DNA of 29,488 nt, from the NCBI GenBank assembly GCA_964362685.1, contig CAYIFL010000001.1:1-29488 (forward strand), in the 5' to 3' direction. Position numbers and translations under genes: made by a program. The notes below the pieces were generated by a model that had not been told where the DNA came from, searched no databases, and was given only the letters and a program-made list of their open reading frames with translations. Below are positions 17,805 to 24,364 of the stretch, piece after piece (the stretch's first letter is position 1; each line of letters begins with the position of its first letter). The DNA is from an uncultured Candidatus Saccharibacteria bacterium (lineage in GTDB: Bacteria > Patescibacteriota > Minisyncoccia > UBA6257 > UBA9933).

Positions 17805-18593
17805 TTAAATCATTTGTTGAATCTCATCTGCTATGTCTTTATTCCTTGCAAGTATAGCGGGGATTCTCTTCTGTTTAAAATCAATCCGCCCACCATCTGT
17901 TTGAAAAACCGCGCATCCAGCCTCCTCCGCAATTAACACTGCGGCGCCTAAATCAAAAGGAGACGCGCCGCCATGCAAATAAAAACCTATTTTACCCTGA
18001 ATGAGCAAGAGCGTGCTTCCAGTAAAGGAGTGAATCTCTAAAATCATACAACCCAACGAACGAACTTTTTCGGCTATTTCTGGCTTTGTAATAGAATCTA
18101 CGCTTACAAATAACTCGTCCGCAATGCGGCCGCCTTGGGGCACTACAATTTTTTCTCCGTTTATAAAAGCACCCTTGCCGCGGCTCGCATGCGCAAAAAT
18201 ATCATTCGCAGGAAAGTAGAGTGCGCCGAACTCCGGAATGCCGTTTTTAATAAGTCCGACTGAAATCGAGAATAAATCCATTCCGGCTGCAAAACGATGG
18301 GTTGCGTCTATTGGATCGAAAAGCCACTCGTATCCTGAAGAAGATTGCACTTCCGCGCCTTCTTCTCCACGAATGCCGTGCTCGGGCCAATGAGTCCTCA
18401 CGCATTCAGTTAAAAATTTCTCTGAAAATAGATCTGCTTTAGTTACTATTTCCTTTACAGCTGATTTTTTGATAGTGGGATCTAATCTTCCCTCCTCGCG
18501 CATTGTAAGTATCTCTCTGCCTATGTTAGGCAGAAGATCCTTAAAAATTTCAAGGGCTTGTTCATGGTTAAAATTTTTTCTAGATTCATCCAT
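17805..18593 (-). CDS. Inositol monophosphatase-family phosphatase A
   Basis: EIVTKAD, GEE, WLFDPIDAT, PFDLGAA...EEAG; colinear with IMPase B over its whole length. Confidence 0.88.
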   Translation of the reverse strand: MDESRKNFNHEQALEIFKDLLPNIGREILTMREEGRLDPTIKKSAVKEIVTKADLFSEKFLTECVRTHWPEHGIRGEEGAEVQSSSGYEWLFDPIDATHRFAAGMDLFSISVGLIKNGIPEFGALYFPANDIFAHASRGKGAFINGEKIVVPQGGRIADELFVSVDSITKPEIAEKVRSLGCMILEIHSFTGSTLLLIQGKIGFYLHGGASPFDLGAAVLIAEEAGCAVFQTDGGRIDFKQKRIPAILARNKDIADEIQQMI

Positions 18594-18595
18594 AG

Positions 18596-19780
18596 TTACA
18601 GTTTTAAAACTGCTTGCTTTATGCTTTTCAATGCTTTCCCAATATTCTCAATCGAGTTCGCATACGAGAATCTTAAATACCCTTCGCCGTAACTGCCGAA
18701 TGCAATGCCGGGCAAAACCGCAACTCCTGCTTTTTCCAGAATATAGTCAGCCATTTTTTTTGAGGTTATGCCAAATGATTTAATATTCGGAAAAACATAA
18801 AAAGCCCCTTTGGGCACTTGGCACGTTATTCCGGGAATTTCATTCAAACCCTTCACGATAAAATTCCGTCTTTTTTCAAATTCTTTTACCATACTTGAAA
18901 CCTCCTTTTGAGAACCATTTAGGGCCTCGATGCCTGCCCATTGCACAAAAGTTGTGGTACACGCTATAGAATTTACAAGCAGATTTTCTATGTGAGGCAT
19001 AAACCGCTCGGGCATTATAAAATATCCCAGGCGCCAACCAGTCATCGCATAGGTTTTTGAAAATCCATCAATCAAAATAGTCCGCTCTTTTACCCCTGGC
19101 AAACTATAAAAACTATGAAAGGGCAAATTATCGTAAATAATTCTTGAATAAATTTCATCACTTATAACCCAGGCATTTGTTTTTTTGATAAGCTTCGCGA
19201 TCATGGCTAAATCCTCTTTGGGCAATACCCCGCCCGTAGGATTACTCGGAGAATTTAAAATAATTAACTTTGTTTTTTTCGTTATTGCCTTTTTAAATGC
19301 ATACAAATCAAAACTAAAATGATTTTCTTCTAAAATCGGCACAGGCTTTGGCGTGCATCCCAAAAAATCAACCATATTTTCATACACCGGAAATCCTGGA
19401 TTAGGAAAAATCACCTCATCACCTTTTTCTAAAATCGCGGTCATGGCAAGATAGATCGCAGTCTTCGCGCTTGGCGTAACCACAACTTCTCCCGGACGCA
19501 CCGAAACGCCGCGTGTTTCTGTAATGTACTCTGCAATCGCTTGCCGCAGCTCTTTTATGCCTAAGGTTGGCGTATATTTGGTTTTTCCTTGCTCGATTGC
19601 CTTAATGCCGCTTTCGCGAATGTGCTCTGGCGTTTGAAAATCCGGCTCGCCGATTTCCAAATGGATTATGTGTTTGCCTTTCCGCTCGAGTTCCTGCGCT
19701 TTTGCTAAAACCGCATACGCTGCCTCGCCTTTCATAACGGCTGTACTGCGCGACAAGCCCGGAAAATGTTTTTTTACCAT
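18596..19780 (-). CDS. PLP-dependent aminotransferase class I/II (aspartate aminotransferase-like)
   Basis: LEIGEPDF, NSPSNPTG, SDEIY, GFSKTYAMTGWRLGY (Schiff-base Lys), YLRFSYA. Confidence 0.93.
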   Translation of the reverse strand: MVKKHFPGLSRSTAVMKGEAAYAVLAKAQELERKGKHIIHLEIGEPDFQTPEHIRESGIKAIEQGKTKYTPTLGIKELRQAIAEYITETRGVSVRPGEVVVTPSAKTAIYLAMTAILEKGDEVIFPNPGFPVYENMVDFLGCTPKPVPILEENHFSFDLYAFKKAITKKTKLIILNSPSNPTGGVLPKEDLAMIAKLIKKTNAWVISDEIYSRIIYDNLPFHSFYSLPGVKERTILIDGFSKTYAMTGWRLGYFIMPERFMPHIENLLVNSIACTTTFVQWAGIEALNGSQKEVSSMVKEFEKRRNFIVKGLNEIPGITCQVPKGAFYVFPNIKSFGITSKKMADYILEKAGVAVLPGIAFGSYGEGYLRFSYANSIENIGKALKSIKQAVLKL

Positions 19781-19786
19781 AACGTA

Positions 19787-19815
19787 ATACTTGCATCAAA
19801 CGGCTCTTGTGTCAA
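19787..19815 (-). promoter_or_regulatory. Putative promoter of aminotransferase-IMPase A operon
   Basis: TTGACA-17 nt-AAGTAT, preceded by TGc (extended -10); ATG 6 nt later. The -35 overlaps the upstream terminator U-tract. Confidence 0.45.
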
Positions 19816-19850
19816 AAAAAGAAGGGCCTGCCACGATACGTGACAAGCCC
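19814..19850 (-). terminator. Intrinsic terminator downstream of Zn-ribbon gene
   Basis: gggcttgtcacg-tat-cgtggcaggccc 12-bp stem followed by ttc-T7. Confidence 0.8.
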
Positions 19851-19878
19851 CATGGCGTCGAAGAGGTATTTTCCCCTT

Positions 19879-20208
19879 TTAGGGCGTTATCCATGCCTCT
19901 TCAAGGGATATCCCTCTTTCGATTTCCACCTCGTAATCAGCGAGAAGACGCACCCTGTGAGCGCGCTTGAAAAACGGCTTTAAGTTCCTGTGGGTATTGA
20001 ATCCATACTTACCAAAGATGTCCTCCACCCAAAAAGATCTCCCGCAACTTGCGCATCCCACATGTTTTACGAGATAGAAATGCACGTTCATCGGAAAGAA
20101 TCCCGGCATCTGTATAACAGTAGGAATACCGCCGCCACAGTCCGGGCACTTCCCTTCGATATAGATTAAGGAAAATTCCACGAGAGCCTTGGTCTTTAAA
20201 CATTCCAT
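19879..20208 (-). CDS. Hypothetical small Zn-ribbon protein
   Basis: CPDC...CASC pairs; GAGGTG 5 nt upstream of ATG 20208; own promoter and terminator. Confidence 0.7.
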   Translation of the reverse strand: MECLKTKALVEFSLIYIEGKCPDCGGGIPTVIQMPGFFPMNVHFYLVKHVGCASCGRSFWVEDIFGKYGFNTHRNLKPFFKRAHRVRLLADYEVEIERGISLEEAWITP

Positions 20209-20275
20209 CAAAGCACCTCTCTTTTTTACTACGAGTCAGTTGCGCCCTATGCACTTTTCAAGTTTCAAGATTTAT

Positions 20276-20304
20276 AAGATACCATAAGACCTGCAAAATA
20301 ACAA
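20276..20304 (-). promoter_or_regulatory. Putative promoter of Zn-ribbon gene
   Basis: TTGTTA-17 nt-TATCTT, with TGG before the -10. Confidence 0.4.
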
Positions 20305-20336
20305 TTGATCAATAATTAAAACCAACCACATAGCAG

Positions 20337-21272
20337 TTATATATTCGCAAACCCGTTCCGTTTTATAACTTTATACCCCTTGATGAGTTCGGCAATACCT
20401 TCCTGCATCGAAACTTGCGGCATAAAACCGGTTTTCTCGATTTTTTCATTCGAAACAATGTAGTCGCGCTTGTCCGGATCCTCACCAATTGAAGCTTCCA
20501 CAAAATGGAAATCAGAAACTTGTTTTTTTATTTCTTCGCAGAGTTCCCGCTTACTTAAATTCGCATCCGAAAGCCCGACATTATACGCTTCATCTTTCAT
20601 CTGTTCAAAATTATTCATTGCATGCATAAACGCCCGCGCCACATCCCGGATATGGATATAATTCCTCTTAAAGTCAGCTTCGAATAAAACGACAAAGCGA
20701 TCATTTACCGCACGGTACACAAAATCATTAACCAAAAGATCCAGGCGCATCCGAGGACTTACGCCAAACACGGTTGCAAGCCGAAACACAACCGCATTGC
20801 CTGCGGACAAAATGGTTTTCTCTGCTTCAACTTTTAAACGGCCATAGAGCGAAATCGGATTCAAAGGACTTTTTTCATCGCAGTACTGGCCTTTTTCACC
20901 AACACCGTACCCACTATTCGTATTCGGATATAAAATCCGCTGATTGTCTTTTTTTAAAGCTAAAATGGTTTTTATGGCATCAAGGTTAACGCTTGCTGCG
21001 GCTAGAGGGTCCCTATCGCAGGCTGGCGCACCCACAATCGCGGCCAAGGGAATAATATAATCAACGCCGTCCAGATTTTGCGCGATTGTTTTCACACCCC
21101 GCACATCCCCCCGCACAATCGTCAGAGTCTTATGGTGGCAGAGATCCAAAAGCGGCGCCTGATTGTACATAAAGTTATCAAGCGCAATAACCTCATGTCC
21201 CATGTTCAGCAATTCGCCGGTCAAAACCGAACCAATATAACCTGCGGCGCCGGTAATAAGAATTTTCGACAT
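20337..21272 (-). CDS. NAD-dependent SDR, Cj1427-like GDP-D-glycero-D-manno-heptose C4-dehydrogenase
   Basis: GAAGYIGS, IIPLAAIVGAP, YPNTNSGYG.GEK, YGRLK, FRLATVFGVSPRMRLDLLVNDF.YRA, IGEDPDKRDY.VSN, FAN. These match the Campylobacter jejuni Cj1427 sequence as I recall it; not verified by alignment. Confidence 0.8.
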   Translation of the reverse strand: MSKILITGAAGYIGSVLTGELLNMGHEVIALDNFMYNQAPLLDLCHHKTLTIVRGDVRGVKTIAQNLDGVDYIIPLAAIVGAPACDRDPLAAASVNLDAIKTILALKKDNQRILYPNTNSGYGVGEKGQYCDEKSPLNPISLYGRLKVEAEKTILSAGNAVVFRLATVFGVSPRMRLDLLVNDFVYRAVNDRFVVLFEADFKRNYIHIRDVARAFMHAMNNFEQMKDEAYNVGLSDANLSKRELCEEIKKQVSDFHFVEASIGEDPDKRDYIVSNEKIEKTGFMPQVSMQEGIAELIKGYKVIKRNGFANI

Positions 21273-21326
21273 AAATAAAAAATTAAAGATAATAAATAAT
21301 AAATTGTGTTTATTATTTTTTATATA

Positions 21327-22505
21327 TTATTTATCATATCCTACGCTATCTAACACGATATTTGAAATAAATGCAATATCCTCTTCTTTAAGCGAAGGGT
21401 TATTGGGCAAAAACAAGCCCGCATGATGAATTTGGTCAGCTACTGGCGCTGAAAACTTGCCGTACCGCTCAAACCAAAAGGGATGGAGTCCCAGATTGCC
21501 CGCGGAGAAAATCCGGGTTTCAATGCCGTTATCCTCAAGCGCGCGCACGATCTTTCTTCTCTCTTCAATATCATGAGCTACCATGCCGAAATGAATTGAA
21601 CAAATCACTGAATCCGGATCCGCTTGTTGATACCTAAATCGGTCGCCCAAAAGTTTTTTATAGAGAAAATGGTTTTCATGCCTGCGCTTCACAAGCCAAT
21701 CCATCTTATCAATCTGGCGAATGCCTAAAAATGCGCCGAGATCTGTTGAACGAAAATTAAATCCCGGCTCATAGAACACAAAGGGCGAATGAAAATCATC
21801 AATCTCGTATTTTCGTATGAGCTCTTCTTGTGCGGCTGTATCCAGATCCTTGCCCCAGCCATGGCTCCGCGTCATTAAGAGAAGATCGTTAAAAATTTTA
21901 TCATCCGTAGAAACCGCGCCGCCTTCAATGGTAGAAATCTGGTGGCCAAAGTAAAAGGAAAAACTGCTCATATCGCCATAGGTACCTACCTTTCTGCCGC
22001 GGTACAACGATCCCATTGCCGCGCACGCGTCTTCCAAAAGAAAAAAACCGTATTTTTCTTTGAGCGCCATCATCTCCTCCATTTTATGCGGCACGCCCAA
22101 CACTTGCACCAAGACCACGGTAGACGGCTCATGCTGTTTCAATAATTCTTCTAGATGGCCGAGGTCTAAACCAAACGTATCCGGATCCGCCTCGCACATA
22201 ATGGGCTCGAAACCGAATTGGATTGCGGGCGCAACAGTCGTTGCCCAACCCACGCTTGGCACAATCACCTTTTTATTTTTGAGACGACGAGATAAAAGAA
22301 GGACGTAATACATCAGGAGATTCGCAGATGATCCGGAATTCACGAATACCGAATGCTGTCTCCCGAGCCAATCACTCCATTTTTGCTCAAATTCGGACGT
22401 AAGGCGATGCTTCGTAAGCCGCGGGTTGGTTTTAAGCCAATCAATCAACGCGTTAATATCGCCCTGATCAATTGTATCTTCCGCCAAATAATATTTTATA
22501 TCCAT
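21327..22505 (-). CDS. DegT/DnrJ/EryC1/StrS-fold PLP enzyme, ColD-like NDP-4-keto-sugar 3-dehydratase
   Basis: VNSGSSANLL, LLEDACAAMG, SFSFYFGHQISTIEGG (His at the usual Schiff-base Lys), RSHGW, GFNFR. Confidence 0.8.
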   Translation of the reverse strand: MDIKYYLAEDTIDQGDINALIDWLKTNPRLTKHRLTSEFEQKWSDWLGRQHSVFVNSGSSANLLMYYVLLLSRRLKNKKVIVPSVGWATTVAPAIQFGFEPIMCEADPDTFGLDLGHLEELLKQHEPSTVVLVQVLGVPHKMEEMMALKEKYGFFLLEDACAAMGSLYRGRKVGTYGDMSSFSFYFGHQISTIEGGAVSTDDKIFNDLLLMTRSHGWGKDLDTAAQEELIRKYEIDDFHSPFVFYEPGFNFRSTDLGAFLGIRQIDKMDWLVKRRHENHFLYKKLLGDRFRYQQADPDSVICSIHFGMVAHDIEERRKIVRALEDNGIETRIFSAGNLGLHPFWFERYGKFSAPVADQIHHAGLFLPNNPSLKEEDIAFISNIVLDSVGYDK

Positions 22506-22518
22506 ATAATTTGGGGTT

Positions 22519-23229
22519 TTACGTAAAATATTCTCTAAAGATATTAAATAACATCAAAAGTCCGTTGTATGACTTTCTCCATTTTGTGGGATGCGCTCTG
22601 CTTTCTTTCCCGCCGCCAATCCGATCCGGCTCATCGCCCGGAATCTCTGCCACCTTGAGCTTTGCTTTGGCGCATCGCACCGAGAGTAAAACATCATAAA
22701 GCCCCACATTGTATACATTAAGCAACTCGGCGGTATTTTTTGAAAAACCAAGTTCAGAGAGTAGGGTTTTACGAAACGCGCGATACATCACGAGTGCATC
22801 AGTATACTCGGCGCTAAACAGAAAATTGATGATTTTATTAAAGAGGTAATTAGCCCAGGCGCTTGCCGCATCGTCATCCTCGCTTTTGGCTCCGCTCTTG
22901 TACCGAGAAGCTATAACCATATCATATCCCTCTTCTATCTTTTGAATCAAGACAGATATCAACTCCGGAATCGAATTGCCGTCAGGGCTAAAAGGAATAA
23001 TGACATCGCCTGTTGCGGCTTCAAACCCTTCCCACCAGGCGCCCGTCGTTCCGGGCAAGGTTTGCACGCGCGCGTCAAAACCGTTTTCTCGAAGATATTC
23101 CAATGTCCCGTCAGTCGAACCCGCGTCTATAAAAATAATCTCATCCACCCACTCTTTTTTAATTTTGGGCATAACCACCTTGAGCCCTTCAATTTCGTTA
23201 AAAGTCGGTATAAACAAGGTCGTTTTCAT
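22519..23229 (-). CDS. Glycosyltransferase family 2 (DPM1-like)
   Basis: IPTFNE, IDAGSTDGT, FSPDGN in place of DxD, MVIASRY, EIPGDEPDRIGG. Confidence 0.85.
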   Translation of the reverse strand: MKTTLFIPTFNEIEGLKVVMPKIKKEWVDEIIFIDAGSTDGTLEYLRENGFDARVQTLPGTTGAWWEGFEAATGDVIIPFSPDGNSIPELISVLIQKIEEGYDMVIASRYKSGAKSEDDDAASAWANYLFNKIINFLFSAEYTDALVMYRAFRKTLLSELGFSKNTAELLNVYNVGLYDVLLSVRCAKAKLKVAEIPGDEPDRIGGGKESRAHPTKWRKSYNGLLMLFNIFREYFT

Positions 23230-23350
23230 GATATACTTATACTATTATTATGGAATTGCTTTACTTTTTAATTGCTTTGATTAAAGTCAGATGGAGAAAG
23301 CGGCGCTAACTACAATCTATCAGCTAATACCAAGCAATGCAACCGTTTCT

Positions 23351-24364
23351 ATGAAAACAACGCTTTCAATTGTTTTTTCTTTCTGGAACGAAGAAGAGGT
23401 CATTCCTGAACTTATACGGAGGGTCCGCAAAGCGCTCCGCGGAGAAGAAATGCAAAACGATATTCACGCCTACGAACTCATTTTTGTAAATGATGCCTCA
23501 ACCGACAATTCACTCGCCATTCTCACCAAAGAAGCGGGGGCGGAAGGCGACCTGAAAATTATCACGATGTCCCGCAACTGGGGCGCGGTGCCCTGTATTT
23601 TGGCGGGCATGCAGCACGCCCAAGGCGACGCGGTCATCTATATGGATGCTGATCTCCAGGATCCGCCGGAGCTTATTCCGCAGATGGTTGCGCTCTTTAG
23701 AAAAGACGGCGTTGATATTGTCCACACCAAACGGCTGGCGCGGGATGGAGAATCCCGATTTAAACTTCTTATAACTAAGATGGGCTATTACGTATTGCAA
23801 AAGGTCTCTTCGGTCGAAATCCAACCAGAGGTCGGCGACTTCAAACTGTATTCGAAACGGGCGGCGCAGCATATAACCGCCCTTAAAGAAAACTGGCCTT
23901 TTATGCGGGGTATGGCGCAATGGATAGGACTTAAGCAGACGACTATTGAATATAAAAGAGAGAAAAGGTTTGCGGGAAAAACAAAGTATCCAGCGCTCGG
24001 CAAACGGGTACGGGATAATTTCCTGCATTCCGCTTTAATTTCTTTTTCGGAACTGCCCCTAAAACTCGCCTCGCTTATGGGAGTCCTCATATCCCTGGGA
24101 GCATTTCTTTTTTTAATCTACACTGTCATACAAAAATTTCTCGGGCATAATTTGCCCGGCTGGTCAGCGCTTATGGTCACCATACTTTTTTTGGGCGGTT
24201 TGGAACTCTTAACTATCGGTATACTCGGGCTCTATATCGGGTCAATTTTTACCGAGACAAAAAACCGCCCGAAATATATCATTGAAAGTACGTATGGATT
24301 TAAAGATGAAAGTGAAAATACTGCAAATCAAAAAAAGCGCGCGCGAAGCGTACGTACTAGTTAA
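23351..24364 (+). CDS. Glycosyltransferase family 2, ArnC/GtrB-like polyprenyl-phosphate glycosyltransferase
   Basis: FWNEE, FVNDASTD, MSRNWG, MDADLQDPPELI, GDFKL, two C-terminal TM helices, GLYIGSIFTETKNRPKYII. Start placed at 23351. Confidence 0.92.
   Translation: MKTTLSIVFSFWNEEEVIPELIRRVRKALRGEEMQNDIHAYELIFVNDASTDNSLAILTKEAGAEGDLKIITMSRNWGAVPCILAGMQHAQGDAVIYMDADLQDPPELIPQMVALFRKDGVDIVHTKRLARDGESRFKLLITKMGYYVLQKVSSVEIQPEVGDFKLYSKRAAQHITALKENWPFMRGMAQWIGLKQTTIEYKREKRFAGKTKYPALGKRVRDNFLHSALISFSELPLKLASLMGVLISLGAFLFLIYTVIQKFLGHNLPGWSALMVTILFLGGLELLTIGILGLYIGSIFTETKNRPKYIIESTYGFKDESENTANQKKRARSVRTS

Noticed and set aside
10275-19780. Phosphonate biosynthesis (ThDP enzyme + cytidylyltransferase + aminotransferase + B12 radical SAM)
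   Set aside because: No PEP mutase (EDKxxxxxNS motif) in the window. The ThDP protein is a three-domain ALS type rather than a Ppd type, and the aminotransferase is class I/II rather than class V AepZ.
17805-19780. hisC + hisN histidine biosynthesis pair
   Set aside because: The aminotransferase motifs look AspC/class-Ib-like, no other his genes are present, and the IMPases lack features that would let me call HisN.
13289-20304. GC-richer units as integron cassettes or IS cargo
   Set aside because: The downstream hairpins have U-tracts and lack RYYYAAC/GTTRRRY attC cores. No integrase, transposase, terminal inverted repeats or target-site duplications were seen.
21294-21318. Perfect 10-bp inverted repeat aaataataaa-ttgtg-tttattattt
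   Set aside because: It is all A/T within a very AT-rich spacer, so it is weak as a hairpin and expected by chance at that composition.
21327-22505. E1/AscC (RfbH) CDP-sugar 3-dehydrase, or a perosamine-type aminotransferase
   Set aside because: It lacks the Cys-rich Fe-S segment of E1, and no CDP-glucose pathway or E3 reductase is present. It also lacks the Schiff-base Lys needed for an aminotransferase.
23221-23365. Both divergent GT2 proteins begin MKTTL
   Set aside because: The codons differ (atgaaaacgaccttg versus atgaaaacaacgctt) and this is a generic GT2 beta-1 start; no DNA inverted repeat.
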